From the NCBI GenBank assembly GCA_002269645.1, contig NIVC01001661.1, positions 1-64,000 on the forward strand: DNA of 64,000 bases. Direction: 5' to 3'. The number at the start of each line of letters is the position of its first letter. Position 1 is the first letter of the stretch. The position numbers and the translations under genes were made by a program. Source of the stretch: Macrostomum lignano. Its lineage: Eukaryota. Below the pieces are notes generated by a model that was not told the DNA's origin, did not search any database, and saw only the letters and a list, made by a program, of their open reading frames with translations. Below are positions 30,235 to 45,681 of the stretch, piece by piece.

Positions 30235-31325
30235 CAGCACTTATCACCCATGACGTCAAAGCACTATAGGTACGGAAATCGAGAGCCGCTCAGCTCATGT
30301 GTTATCTGCGGCAGTCTAAAGTGCTGATTCAATCATTTCTCCTCAGAGGCAACACCGCTAGGAGCCATAAAAGAAACTGACTCACACCGGAGAGAAACGC
30401 CTCCATATTTCACCTGTCGCCTCTTTGCGCTTGGACGTGGGTCGCACCCAGAAGTCGCACTGAAAAGTGCAACTGCAGCAGCCAGAGTGAGGCTCTCTAA
30501 TACCCATTGTTAACGCCTTGTTGAGCCTAAAGGGGCTTCTCAAGCCCGGATTCGCTCCGCCAGCCCAGCCCCACGAGCCCCTTGAGGCTTCATCAGTGCC
30601 GCTTGGCTTGGCACCGCCCGGCAGCAGATGGCCGCCGCTCCGACCTGCTCAGCCGTGCAGCTGCCGAAGTGATGACGAGCCGCGGCAGCTCGGCACGTGG
30701 CGATCGCAGCCGTGACGAATGGAATTAAAAATGAGAGCGGCTGCGGCTGCTGTGAGAAGCGCTGCGTGGCTCACGAGAGTTCCCCCCCCCCTAGCCGGCC
30801 GGAGTCTCAAAGGCGGAGCCGAAGTCCCAGTGATAACGCGATTATGAATTTTTCAGTTTCTAGGGCCGCCCGAGCCTTCCCCACCCTCGCCTCGGGATGC
30901 TTCGAGCCTCTCAGTTGATCGAACGGTCCATTAGCAACTGGCCGAATTTTTAACTCTCGCTGAGCAGTCAAACAGGACAAGAGGGAATGGGGATCGCTCG
31001 GTTTTGAAATCCCTTCTTTCTCTGCGGCTGAGGGCCGCGACGCACTTCCCTGCAGCTCTTGTGGAAAGGCGATTTCTACAGAGGGCAGGCGGGCTCGGCC
31101 TGTCAGTCCAGATTGAGGCAGGCAGCGGCCCCGTGCACTTTTCCAGCCGCGTGTGGCAAATCCGGCCGATTTTTGCCGGTTTCCAAATCGGGAGATGCAG
31201 CCGGAATGAGCAGCTGGGGATGCCGCCAACTGCTGTGCGCACGGCTGGCGTGCATTCTGTAGGGCGCATCCGATTTTACAGACCGACTGCCTGCCCAATC
31301 ATGTTGCAGGCCCGTGCTGCCCACC

Positions 31326-32530
<1,205 letters not shown>

Positions 32531-33143
32531 AACTACATGTATATCAGGGGGTCGCAGGCCCCAAGCGGAGTGCTGGGCAAACACGGCAGCTCATAGCCAG
32601 TCCCGAACCAGAACTCGGCCTTATTAATCTCGGCGGCATCAGAAATCGGAGGTCAAGTCGCCTCAATCAAAGACAGCGGATATTTGACAGCTGAGAGGAG
32701 ATTTATTGCCGCTGCTCACGTGAATGACGCAGGTTGTCGAATAGATAAGTGTCCATACAGTGCATGCATATACAAATATACTTTGTTGTATTTAGACGAA
32801 TGAGAAAAAGTCTGAACAGCGGTAGGAGAGCGAGTCAGAACTGAGTTATAAAACTCAGAAACACGAGCACCAATGCAGCAAGCAGCCGAGCTGGGGAGAG
32901 CGCACCAATTTAAATAGGGGAAATGCGGAGAAAAAAATGACTAAAAAATAAACTGCAAAAGAGTAAATAAAAATGCTATTTTAAATTATCAAATGTTGCT
33001 ATAACAGCATTTAGCTAACCCTAGCAACCGCATAGCAACAGCATAGCAACCAAGCAGCATTGCATATTAAAACAGAACCAGCAGTGGTTTACAAATACAA
33101 AATTGCCACACTAATTAGAAACATTAAAATCTCATTCTCAGTC

Positions 33144-36100
33144 TCAGTCCTCGCCAGCAGAAGCATCGGGCACCTCAGCGCCGACGGCTTCAACCGCGGC
33201 CTCGGCGGGCGCCTTCTCCTCCGCCGGTGCCGCCGCGCCCCCCGGCATGTGGCGGTACTTGGCGCGCTGCTTGCGCCACAGCAGCATCCGGGGCTGCTGG
33301 GAGCCGCCGCCGCCACCGCCAGACACGGGGGAGGCCCCCGCCGACGAGGGCGAGCCGCCACTGCCGCCCGGGCCGCGGAGGCCGCGCAGGGAGTCGCGCA
33401 GGCGGGCCAGCGGGCTGCGACGGCTGGCTGACGAGCCTGTAGGGGGAGCCGGGTGGCGGACCTTCAGTAGCTTGGGATTCCCGGCAGGTGATAGCTGACC
33501 ACCGAGGCTTGGGTTGATTGGAATCTCAGCCTGAATCTCACCCATCCTAGCCTGAATCTTATCTATCCCAGCCACCAGCCTGAATCCTATCCATCTCAGC
33601 CTGAATCTCATTCCATTTCAGCCTGAATCCTATCCCATCCTAGCCTGAATCCTATCCCATCTCAGCCTGAATCTTATCCCATCTCAGCCTAAATCCTATC
33701 CCATCCTAGCCTGAATCATATCCCATCCTAGCCTGAATCCTATCCCATCCTAGCCTGAATCCTATCCCATCCTAGCCTGAATCCTATCCCATCTTAGCCT
33801 GAATCCTATCCCATCTCAGCCTGAATCCTATCCCATCTTAGCCTGAATCCTATCCCATCTCAGCCTGAATCCTATCCCATCTTAGCCTGAATCCTATCCC
33901 ATCTTAGCCTGAATCCTATCCCATCTTAGCCTGAATCCTATCCCATCTCAGCCTGAATCCTATCCATCTCAGCCTGAATCCTATCCCATCTCAGCCTAAA
34001 TCTTATCCTATCTCAGCCTGAATCCTATGCCATCTCAGCCTGAATCCTATCCCATCTCAGCCTGAATCCTATCCCATCTTAGCCTGAATCCTATCCCATC
34101 TTAGCCTGAATCCTATCCCATCTTAGCCTGAATCCTATCCCATCCTAGCCTGAATCCTATCCCATCTCAGCCTGAATCCTATCCCATCTCAGCCTGAATC
34201 CTATCCATCTCAGCCTGAATCCTATCCATCTCAGCCTGAATCCTATCCATCTCAGCCTGAATCCTATCCATCTCAGACTGAATCCTATCCATCTCAGCCT
34301 GAATCCTATCCATCTCAGCCTGAATCCTATCCCATCTCAGCCTGAATCCTATCCATCTCAGCCTGAATCCTATCCCATCTCAGCCTAAATCTTATCCTAT
34401 CTCAGCCTGAATCCTATCCCATCTCAGCCTGAATCCTATCCCATCTCAGCCTGAATGATATCCATCTCAGCCTGAATCCTATCCATCTCAGCCTGAATCC
34501 TATCCATCTCAGCCTGAATCCTATCCCATCTCAGCCTGAATCCTATCCATCTCAGCCTGAATCCTATCCCATCTCAGCCTAAATCTTATCCTATCTCAGC
34601 CTGAATCCTATCCCATCTTAGCCTGAATCCTATCCCATCTTAGCCTGAATCCTATCCCATCCTAGCCTGAATCCTATCCCATCTCAGCCTGAATCCTATC
34701 CCATCTCAGCCTGAATCCTATCCATCTCAGCCTGAATCCTATCCATCTCAGCCTGAATCCTATCCCATCTCAGCCTGAATCCTATCCATCTCAGCCTGAA
34801 TCCTATCCCATCTCAGCCTTCATTCATTCAATCCCAGCTCAAAGCAGCCGGTCTGCAGTTTCCTGTCTTCAAAAGCATCACTAAGGCATTCACGGAAGCA
34901 GCTGAGTCGTTAGCAAGATCTCACAGGATTTAATCAAAAGTCTGAATTCGGAATTCTCAGGATGCAGTCAAATTTTTGACCCGCTCTGCCAAGGTCGCGC
35001 GCAGAGCAATCGAGCGGCGCACCACGTGACAAATATTTGAGAGTTCGGTGCCGAAAAAATAGCTGGTCTATTATTAGATCACACAGTAAAGGTAGATTTT
35101 TTGCAAGCCGTTTCTGCTGCAATCAAAACAGTCCCATTGTCTTTTCTGCTACAGGCAGATGCGGGGCTTGGGAACTGTTCAGCCATTTTAGTGATTCCCA
35201 GTTACTCTTCTTTTGACAGATTAATATAAATAATTCCGTTAGAAAACTAAGTCTACTACTATGAGTAAAAACCTTGAAAATATCAAAATAGGAAACAAAT
35301 GCAGCATTTTAAACTATAATCAGGTTTAGTTTGTTCATTTGTTAATATCTTAATTTGATCTCACACACAGCAACTCCCTGCTTCCTGCAGTTAAGGTGAG
35401 CAGTTCTGCTGCGAAATAATCATTTTTTTTACTGGATGCTCTTAGGTCCGTTAAAGGTTAAAGGATTAGGGAGTTCGACAATAGAGCCGCATAGTGCCAG
35501 GCTGAGGTCAAAGACACGGACACACTAGCACGGACATTAAGACATGAACACACTGACACGGACACACTCAGCATGGAAATTATGACATGAACACACTAGC
35601 ATGGACATTATGACATGAACACACTAGCATGGACATTATGACATGAACACACTGACACGGACAATATAAGATGAAAACACTGACACGGACATTATGAGAT
35701 GAAAACACTGACACGGACATTATGACATGAACACACTGACACGGACATTATGAGATGAACACACTGACACGGACATTATGACATGGACACACTAGCATGG
35801 ACATTATGACATGAACACACTAGCATGGACATTATGACATGAACACACTGACACGGACATTATGACATGGACACACTAGCATCGACATTATGACATGAAC
35901 ACACTAGCATGGACATTATGACATGAACACACTGACACGGACATTATGACATGGACACACTAGCATCGACATTATGACATGAACACACTGACATGGACAT
36001 TATGACATGAACACACTGACACGGACATTATGACATGAACACACTGACACGGACATTATGACATGAACACACTGACACGGACATTATGACATGAACACAC

Positions 36101-36428
36101 TGACACGGACATTATGACATGAACACACTGACACGGACATTATGACATGAACACACTGACACGGACATTATGACATGAACACACTGACACGGACAGCGTC
36201 AAAAGGCTCACCCTTGCCACCGATGAGCTCAGCGCCCGACCCAGCCGTGGAGTTGGCCTGCAGATCCCCGGCCGACAAGTTGGACAAGTCCACGCCATCA
36301 GCCGGCGGGACTCCCAGCTCATCGTCGGTGGCAGCAGCGGCAGCATCGCAGGCGTTTTGATCCTCGTTGACGGCGTCGATGCACGGAAACTCCTCGGCGA
36401 CAGAGAAGGCGGCGGAGCAGTCGGAGGT
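33144..36428 (-). CDS. Unidentified low-complexity protein, last two exons (36428-36212 and 33436-33144)
   Basis: Donor AAGG|GTGAGC and acceptor CCCCTACAG|GC join in frame (phase 1): ...GAELIGGK-G-SSASRRSPLARLRD...PRMLLWRKQRAKYRHM...GED*. Confidence 0.55.
33520..34818. repeat. 21/22-bp minisatellite GCCTGAATCCTATCCCATCTCA, about 58 copies
   Basis: Direct reading. Confidence 0.97.
35510..36195. repeat. 28-bp minisatellite ACATGAACACACTGACACGGACATTATG, about 24 copies
   Basis: Direct reading. Confidence 0.96.
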
Positions 36429-37596
36429 CTGGTTGGCTGGCGGGGTGTCAAGGTTTTTGGGTGGGGCTTTAAATAATAGCTGTCAATTGAGGACTGTGCT
36501 TTGTCTATCAACTGACCGAAAGTACATTTAGAACCGGCAAAAGTACACCATACATGCAGAGACTACTCTAATAGGCACAGGGTCTCAATTTTAGTGACCT
36601 ACTGTCGTCAGAGTACTAGTGATGGCTCTAAAAAGGAAATGAGCAAGCCTAGAAATGGGGCTGGGGGTAGCGCCAGGAAGTCGAGCGAGAAGCAAATTGG
36701 GAGTTTATGCGAGGCCGCATCCCCTTCTTCCCCTTTGCAGGTCTTCGATGCCCGGGATATTGAAGCGAGATATCAGCGACTCCTCCCCCGGGATCCGGGA
36801 AGCGAGATGGCAGCGGAGAAGAACAGGCAATGGGAGGGGATGGTTTTTCTATTTATTTTCTATTTAAAGATCAGTAATTTTTTTAATATTCAGTCGGGAT
36901 TCGCGCGGACAAGCTGCGGCAGGTCTGGCGCAAGTGTGAAACACAAGTGCGAGCTTCATTTGCAGTCTAGTCTGCTTTTGTCTTTTTCTGCTTTTTCTCT
37001 CCGCATTGAACAGCTGTAAATGAGTCGGACAGCACTGGGGCAGTCTCGCACCGCTTCATCAATCTTCTCTGGAGAACTCATTTGGTTTGTTTATATTGTC
37101 TGCTTTCATCAATTTTCGGCATCGCTTTTATCCTTTTATTATTCATTGCCGGTCTATGCTGCCAGATTCTCTTTTGCCGTCTGCAGCCGCATTTTCTCAG
37201 ACAGCAGAGTTGCCAGTCTCACAGACTGCACACGGGAGTGAAGCTACAGCGCATTCACAATTAGATGTGGCAGGCAACGTGTGAATCACCGCCACAGACA
37301 GGCACTGCAGTGGGCCTCAGGCTCTGTCAGTACATGTGTATGCATATTGGAGGTGTTTGAGCAGTGCCAGTGAGTAATAAACATGTCCCAGCAAAGCATT
37401 ATATCCACGAAAAGGGTCACTTTTTAGTGCCAAAGAAAGCTATATAATGAAGAGGTCAGCCGAGAGGCCATGACACAAGTAGGCAACCAGCCATTGTAAT
37501 GGAGAAACACTTGAGAAATGGCAGGTCACTGACCTCGGCAGTTCTAGAAATCCCTTTAAGCCTTTAAGTAACCGCAACCGCCGCTTCAGGCACGAC

Positions 37597-38266
37597 TTTA
37601 CCCTCCCTGTAGGCTGTAGATCAACCGCTACCCTCCCTGTAGGCTGTAGATCAGCCGCTACCCTCCCTGTAGGCTGTAGATCAGCCGCTACCCTCCCTGT
37701 AGGCTGTAGATCAGCCGCTACCCTCCCTGTAGGCTGTAGATCAGCCACTACCTTCCCTGTAGGCTGTAGATCAGCCGCTACCCTCCCTGTAGGCCGTAGA
37801 TCAGCCACTACCTTCCCTGTAGGCTGTAGATCAGCCGCTACCTTCCCTGTAGGCTGTAGATCAGCCGCTACCCTCCCTGTAGGCTGTAGATCAGCCACTA
37901 CCTTCCCTGTAGGCTGTAGATCAGCCGCTACCCTCCCTGTAGGCTGTAGACCAACCGCTACCCTCCCTGTAGGCTGTAGACCAACCGCTACCCTCCCTGT
38001 AGGCTGTAGACAAACCGCTACCCTCCCTGTAGGCTGTAGATCAGCCGCTACCCTCCCTGTAGGCTGTAGATCAGCCACTACCTTCCCTGTAGGCTGTAGA
38101 TCAGCCGCTACCCTCCCTGTAGGCTGTAGATCAGCCGCTACTTTCCCTGTAGGCTGTAGATCAGCCGCTACCTTCCCTGTAGGCTGTAGATCAGCCACTA
38201 CCTTCCCTGTAGGCTGTAGATCAGCCGCTACCCTCCCTGTAGGCTGTAGATCAGCCGCTACCCTCC
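37597..38266. repeat. 30-bp minisatellite CCGCTACCCTCCCTGTAGGCTGTAGATCAG, about 22 copies
   Basis: Direct reading. Confidence 0.97.
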
Positions 38267-39544
38267 ATGAAGATCACTTTGACGTGTTGATAAATTGGGA
38301 AAAACTGAAACCAGCAGTTTAGCAACATCACCAAATCTGTATCGGAAGAAGTGCCCCACAAAAAATTGCATCAAAACTACGCAGCATGTTGAATAGCAGA
38401 GCCTCATCAAAATAGATGAAGCATTTTAAAGCCGGTTAACCTTTTTTTCTTTTTGGTGCCAAGGCGGCAATTGCGCAAAAGAAAACAGGAATTCCCAGCG
38501 AGTTTCAGTCATAGCCAGGGAGAGAGGGGATGAGAGTGAGGCGTGAGAGATGCATAGAACCCTTCGAAAAGTGTTGCAGCCGTACACACTCGCTCAATAA
38601 ACGAGCCCAACTGGTCCCAGAGACAGTGGCGATAAGCATAAAAAAGTAAATTCCTGGATATTCAGCATTGCCCGACCAGCACAGACTTCAGAAGCTGGTA
38701 CTGTGCAAAACTGGAGCGGCCAAAATGATTAATGATATAGCGCAGACAAAGACCACCCGACGGGTAATCTGCTTAGGAACAAAGAGCAAGGCTCTCTGAT
38801 TCAGACCAGCACTATATGAATACAGCCCCAACAGCAGCAGAAAGCTGCAGAGCTAAACACACTTGTTGCACACTTGAAAAGAAGAGAAATCATCAGACTG
38901 CTTCTAAACTTTCATTCCGGCGATCAAAGAGTTTTAAGGGCCTTTTGAAACTTCACTGAAGCATGCAGATGACTGAGACGAGAGTGTAAAAATCCCAATA
39001 CCTTACTTTAAAGAGACTCAGATGGGACAGGGAGCAGAGCTAAGGACTTCTAGGCCTTCTACAGTCTTGAGCGGAAAGCTTTTTAAGCAAGCAGTACTCA
39101 AGTTTTTGGATAAAAACATAATCCAGATTCTATGTTTAAAACTCCACGACACGACACAACGCAGTAGAGATGACCCCTGAAGAAAGAGAACTATATTTAG
39201 ATTATAATAACAAAGCGCATAAAGTGCGCCAGACTCAGACGCAACTACTCATCATTAATGCGTTTGGATTAAATTAAACGAGCCGAATAGGCCGCTTCTC
39301 ACATCGGATGCGCAGAGACTGACGGCCGTTGTGACAACATAATTGCATCTGTTCCTTTGAGCGCGACAAGGAAACGGGGTTGCGTGTTGTTAATGCTGCA
39401 GGCATGCTCACCAACTCCGCAACCAAGGACTTTGCTGTCACAACCTTGCCTGCATCCCTAACTAGCAGACAGGTGGAGCAAGAGGAAAAGAGTACAGGAC
39501 ACATTTAGCACACAAATGAGCCTCGCAGATGCAGGGGATTACTA

Positions 39545-40200
39545 AAGACACAAATGAGCGCCACAGGTGCAAGGTGGGGCATTAAAGATACAAATGAGCC
39601 CCACAGGTGCAAGGTGGGGCATTAAAGATACAAATGAGCCCCAGAGGTGCAAGGTGGGGCATTAAAGATACAAATGAGCCCCAGAGGTGCAAGGTGGGGC
39701 ATTAAAGATACAAATGAGCCCCACAGGTGCAAGGTGGGGCATTAAAGATACAAATGAGCCCCAGAGGTGCAAGGTGGGGCATTAAAGATACAAATGAGCC
39801 CCACAGGTGCAAGGTGGGGCATTAAAGATACAAATGAGCCCCAGAGGTGCAAGGTGGGGCATTAAAGATACAAATGAGCCCCACAGGTGCAAGGTGGGGC
39901 ATTAAAGATACAAATGAGCCCCAGAGGTGCAAGGTGGGGCAGCAAGGACACAAATGAGCCGCACAGGTGCAAGATGGGGCAGTAAAGACACAAATGAGCC
40001 CCAGAGGTGCAAGGTGGGGCAGTAAAGACACAAATGAGCCCCAGAGGTGCAAGGTGGGGCAGTAAAGACACAAATGAGCCCCAGAGGTGCAAGGTGGGGC
40101 ATTAAAGACACAAATGAGCCCCAGAGGTGCAAGGTAGGGCAGCAAGGACACAAATGAGCCCGTAGGTGCAAGGTGGGGCTGCTAAAGACGTCGACTGAGT
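39545..40200. repeat. 40-bp minisatellite CAAATGAGCCCCAGAGGTGCAAGGTGGGGCATTAAAGATA, about 16 copies
   Basis: Direct reading. Confidence 0.96.
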
Positions 40201-40689
40201 CCACAGGTGCACTGGGTTAGGGTTAATAAGTGCAACCAGTCAGACAGCATGACTGATTGATTTCTATGCTTCACAAGACATCACTTCCATGTTGGAATTA
40301 ATCATGCCATTCGAAGCCTTAGAGGGCAAATATTTGACCGTCTTCATCTGTTTTAAGTTTTCAATAACAGCCAAACAACCAAATTATTAATATAACATGG
40401 GAAAGTCTAATGGAGGGGAAGGCTAGGTAGGCCAGGCAGAAGAGGTGGCTGGCCGCTGATTGGCCAAGAGGCCGTGCTGCAGACTGAAGACGGGGAGCCG
40501 CCTATTCTGCCTTAGTCTAAATATACATATTAAACACTTGGAGGGCATATAAAAGACTGTCTGTCTGTCTGCCTAAGTGCAACGCTAGACATAAAAATTC
40601 ATATATTACTGATATTTAGCGGCTCTGAAGACCGATCAAAAGAAGGTAAGCTAAAAGCAATTTTTTAAAGCTAAGCTATCAGGGAGAGT

Positions 40690-41600
40690 ACACATGGGAG
40701 ACAGAGGGGGGAGAGAGGGCAAACAGGGAGGGGAGGCGGGGAGAACAGGAAGGGGAGACAGGGCAGACAGTGAGGGGAGACGGGGCAGACAGTGAGGGGA
40801 GACGGGGCAGACAGTGAGGGGAGACAGGGCAGACAGTGAGGGGAGACAGGGCAGACAGTGAGGGGAGACAGGGCAGACAGTGAGGGGAGACGGGGCAGAC
40901 AGTGAGGGGAGACAGGGCAGACAGTGAGGGGAGACAGGGCAGACAGTGAGGGGAGACAGGGCAGACAGTGAGGGGAGACGGGGCAGACAGTGAGGGGAGA
41001 CAGGGCAGACAGTGAGGGGAGACAGGGCAGACAGTGAGGGGAGACGGGGCAGACAGTCAGGGGAGACAGGGCAGACAGTGAGGGGAGACAGGGCAGACAG
41101 GGAGGGGAGACAGGGCAGAAAGTGAGGGGAGACAGGGCAGACAGTGAGGGGAGACAGGGCAGACAGTGAGGGGAGACAGGGCAGACAGTGAGGGGAGACG
41201 GGGCAGACAGTGAGGGGAGACAGGGCAGACAGTGAGGGGAGACAGGGCAGACAGTGAGGGGAGACGGGGCAGACAGGGAGGGGAGACGGGGCAGACAGGG
41301 AGGGGAGACAGGGCAGACAGTGAGGGGAGACGGGGCAGACAGGGAGGGGAGACAGGGCAGACAGTGAGGGGAGACAGGGCAGACAGTGAGGGGAGACGGG
41401 GCAGACAGGGAGGGGAGACGGGGCAGACAGGGAGGGGAGACAGGGCAGACAGTGAGGGGAGACGGGGCAGACAGGGAGGGCAGACAGGGCAGACAGGGAG
41501 GGGAGAGAGGGCAGACAGGGAGGGGAGAGGGGGGAGGGAGGAGAGAGGGAGACAGGGAAGAGAGAGAGGGGGGAGACAGGGGAGACAGAAGAGACAAGAG
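40690..41600. repeat. 22-bp purine-rich minisatellite GACAGGGCAGACAGTGAGGGGA, about 38 copies plus degenerate edges
   Basis: Direct reading. Confidence 0.96.
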
Positions 41601-42702
41601 GGGAGATGAAGGAAAGACGGGAGACAGGATACTTAGGGAGAGCTTAGATTGTATAAATACTGGTAAAAATATATAAATAATAAATAAACTATCATAAACT
41701 GTCACCTTTGCGTACGTGTGTTATTTCAGAATTAGTAACCAATAGCCAGGGCTCGCCCAGCCTTAATACAGTAGTCCTCGTAAATCGCAGCTTGACAGGA
41801 CAGGGGGGGGGGTAAAAAGGAGCAAAGCAGTAGTTAGTTAAGATAATATCAGATTTCACAGAAACCAGCAGGCGCAGTAAACTGATGTTATTAGCGTATT
41901 ATAAACCAAATGATAAATATCTCAGAACTAATTTGATGGCGTACATAGTCAGGATTTTCCTCAAGTCATAAATAAAAAATTATTGACATTTTAACGGTCG
42001 GAAAGTTGGAAGATTTCAGTTTCACAGAAGGGCTGAGTTCTGCATAAACAGACACAAAATACTTGGGTACTTTGAAATTAAGATACTGCAGCAACAGCTG
42101 ATGCTTTTAGCCAATTTTAGTAGCAAAACTGAATAACAGTATAGCATAAAGCTTGTTTCCATGCAATCTTTTTTCATAATTTGATAAACAGCTTTCTTTG
42201 CAAAAATAAAGTCAAACTGTAGCGATTGACTTGTTCAAGTAGCCATGGAAACCCAAATTGATAAGCGCGGCACAGAAACCCCGCCAAAAAAGGAACTAAT
42301 CTGCGCAGTTTGACTTGGAACCCCCCCTCCGGAGCTCGCTCGATTAACGCCCGACATTAAGAACTGACCGCGGCCTAATATAGGCAGCATTATACATGGC
42401 TAAATAAGGAACCGGTGCAATTTTCAATGACGAACTTGATGTGAATGCAAGATGAACTCAAGATATCGTCTCGGCAGTTGTAATCGCTTAATCTTGGGGG
42501 AAGCTTAAAGACTTCTCTGATAGCCTTCGCAATACCAGTCAGATCAATCCTGAGATACCGAAATTTCAGAGTCGAAAAGTCACAGATTAGTGCCGAGTTT
42601 CTATATCAGGGAATAAGATTTTAAAATCCAGAATCTTCAATCAGAAAGCTAGGTGTAAGATCACAGTTAAGCAGCCTTGCACCCGCAGCTCGAGCAGACT
42701 CA

Positions 42703-44268
42703 ATGCCGGCTCAATTCCTCAGCAAGCTGCATCAAACGATGCCGCAAATGCTGCTGCTAGCGCTGCTGGCAGCTTTAACAGCTGACAGCCTGACAATGCA
42801 GAGGGACAGCAGCCAGCGCCCGGCCTCCTCTGTGATCCGCGTGAACTGCCGGCTCTACCGCCGCAGAGGCCCCATCCAGCCGGTGCTGCTGGACTGCCGG
42901 CCAGACGCGGTTGCCGGCTACGTCGAGCGGGGCTTCGCCTTCAGGCGGCAGGCGATGCTGCTGATGCCACCAACCACCGACCAGCAGGATGACGATAGGC
43001 GGCGGCCAGTGTGGATGCTGGACGAAACAACGCTGGTCAAGACTGGCGACACCGACGTCAACATTCTGCCGAGGGAGGCGTTCGCCAGCCTGGCCGAGAC
43101 GGTGAAAGAAGGACACCTACTGTCGCTGAGGCGCCTGCGGCAGCGCCGACTCGACCTATCAGCGCTGTCGAGCCTGCCGCAGCTGCGACACCTGGAAGTC
43201 GCCGAGTCGAACGCCACCTGCTTGTCGAAGGATATGTTCGACCCGGTGCCCAGGCTGGTCAGCTTGCGGCTCCAAGGAAACAGCCTGCTGTCCTGCCTGC
43301 AGCCGGACACTCTGACCGGCCTGGCCCACCTGGCCGAGCTCAGCATCCTCGGCAGTCCGCGCCTGAAGTCACTCAATGCCGTAGCCGCGGCGCCATCGCT
43401 GACAGACCTTCAGCTGGCCGACCTTCAACCGTCGTGGGACGGCGCCCTCTGCCAAGCCGACGGCCTTCGCCGACTCCGACTCGACCGGCTGCCGCAGAAG
43501 CAGCTGCTGCTGGCGGGGCTGGCCGGCCTGCGCAGCCTGCGAGTCGACGATCACGAAGAAGAGACGATGCTGACTGTCATCAAGCTGGCGCCGGCAGCAT
43601 GCGCCCTGTGGCCCGACGGCCGGCTGCTGCTCAACGGCATCAGCCTGGCGAACTGGACGCTCGGCCAGATGCTGCAGGACTTTGCCCAGTTTTGCGAATA
43701 CGTAATCGAAACTGAGGACTTTGCCGAGCAGGCTGAACAGCTGTGCAGCTCGGCCGCACGCCAACTCGCCGGGAATTGCTTCGCCGAGTGCAGCATGGTC
43801 GGCAAGACGTCAAGATTGAAGTTGCCACCAACACTATTACCTCCCCTGCCGGTGGTGTCGTCTCTCCAGCCAGTGGCCGCAGCGGCAGCCGACACTGTCA
43901 CGAAGGACCAACCAGCCTCGGTCATAGGCGTCACCCAAGTCAACAGCCACGGCGGCTGGCACGTGGACAAGCGAGGCATCCTGGGCACCGCGCTGCTCAC
44001 CGCCGGCGCCTTCCTTGGAGGAGTCCTGGCCGCCGCCTACTGCTGCAGCTCCGGCCGGCTGGTCGGGCGCGGCTCCAAGCCGTCAGTGTCAGGGTCAGCC
44101 GCCAGCAGCGGCGGAGTGTCGACTGTCTGCGTCAGCGGCGGCTGCCACCTGCCCGAGCTGGAAGATGACGAGCCGATCCGGCTGATTGGCTACTCGGCCA
44201 AGTCAACAACGTCGCTGCCTGCACTGCCGAGGCCGCCGTCCGGCGGGCCGCTGATGTGGACGGTCTAG
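42703..44268 (+). CDS. Intronless leucine-rich-repeat type I membrane protein
   Basis: Signal-like MLLLALLAALTA; LRR units LRHLEVAES, LVSLRLQGNSLL, LAELSILGSPRL, LTDLQLA, LRRLRLD, LRSLRVD; TM segment GILGTALLTAGAFLGGVLAAAYCC; short Ser/Gly-rich tail. Confidence 0.85.
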   Translation: MPAQFLSKLHQTMPQMLLLALLAALTADSLTMQRDSSQRPASSVIRVNCRLYRRRGPIQPVLLDCRPDAVAGYVERGFAFRRQAMLLMPPTTDQQDDDRRRPVWMLDETTLVKTGDTDVNILPREAFASLAETVKEGHLLSLRRLRQRRLDLSALSSLPQLRHLEVAESNATCLSKDMFDPVPRLVSLRLQGNSLLSCLQPDTLTGLAHLAELSILGSPRLKSLNAVAAAPSLTDLQLADLQPSWDGALCQADGLRRLRLDRLPQKQLLLAGLAGLRSLRVDDHEEETMLTVIKLAPAACALWPDGRLLLNGISLANWTLGQMLQDFAQFCEYVIETEDFAEQAEQLCSSAARQLAGNCFAECSMVGKTSRLKLPPTLLPPLPVVSSLQPVAAAAADTVTKDQPASVIGVTQVNSHGGWHVDKRGILGTALLTAGAFLGGVLAAAYCCSSGRLVGRGSKPSVSGSAASSGGVSTVCVSGGCHLPELEDDEPIRLIGYSAKSTTSLPALPRPPSGGPLMWTV

Positions 44269-45681
44269 GCGGTGCAGCAGGTCCGCACACAGCAAGCCAG
44301 CGGCATGAAAAGATTCTCTTGAACTCTGATAATTTTGTGCGAATCTCCCAGTTTCTTTGATTTTCGATTTGTAGCCGAAGTACCAATTGAATTCTATTGA
44401 TTGCGGAGATGATTAACTGCAGGCAAAATATTCCTTATAGCCGAGCTTCTCTCAACAATCTGCACTAAGCAGAATAAATTTCTATTTCTCATCTGCCTCT
44501 TTCTGTGACAGTTTAGTTGATGTAAAATATTTTTCCCTGCAACTTCAAGTTGCATTTGAACTGCAGAACCCCCCCCGCGCCAATGCTAAATTGGGACTCT
44601 TGAACACTTGGCCTGAAATGTTGTACTATGCTGTCTAAGTGTTTGCTTCAATTCTGTTGCTCTCACGCGCCAGCCAGACTCTCCAAGCTGATGGGGCACC
44701 AGACTGCCTGGCTACAATGAGTTGCACGAGTGCTGGCGCACTTTCTTAGCCTCGAAAACCAGCTTTTCTGTTGCTTTTCGTCATGATTTTCCCACCATTT
44801 TTGCACAGGTTTTAAAATTAATTTGCTGAAAGACAAACTTTTGCTTGCCAATAATTAGGTTAAAATTGTTGCTGGGGCCCCAGCAACCAATATTAAAACA
44901 CACGCAATAAAGCACTGAATCAGCTGTTTGTGCATTACGCCTGCTAATTGCTTGATAAACCAATGCTTCGTGCGCGGTTTCTACACGGCTGCAAATGCAC
45001 AGACAGGCGGCTGGGACGGCAGCGCAGTGGGCCAGAAGCTTAGTGGAGCAGAAGCGGCCTGCAGATTGAGCATCCACTCAGGAGCTTTAGTGCGAATTGT
45101 TGCAACACACGCGGAAGAAATTGAACAACGGTTTACTGTAGAGCATTCGATTAAGAGGCTGCACTGCTCGGAAAAAAAGAAAGGTACTCAGGGGTACTCA
45201 GGATTGAGTCACCGTTATGTTGGCCTTAATTCTTCGAAAGAAGTACGAAGAACCAGTTAAATTTTTAGTACTAAGAAAATAGATTAGAAATAGCAGCCTG
45301 GGCTACTTGCATCAGTAGAGCAGTGAGCAACTAAAGAGACAATTATATATTTTCTAGATTTTCTTTAAAACTTGCCGATGCTCATTCAGATCAGAGAGTG
45401 TATTTTATTGGCAGTTAAGACACCTGCGAATGCGAATTTAAAACGTAAGAATAGAAGTACAAATTCTACTTATAGGCCATATGATATAAATGAAAGCAAA
45501 AAGGCGGTAATTAAAAAAATGCTGACCGGGTTAAAGCAGTGTAAAAAGTCGAAAAATCAAGCGACGATGCTGGAAGGCGGAATCGAATTTCATACGGAAT
45601 TTTCAATGCAAATCAGACGCGAATCACTAGGGAGAGCAAAACCAATGATTAACAGTTCGAATAGCTCGAGACTTGCGCAAA

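Noticed and set aside
37440-38198. ADLQPTGRVA decapeptide-repeat protein
   Set aside because: Derived from a 30-bp minisatellite, with no credible start or splice context. Would need RNA-seq or proteomics support.
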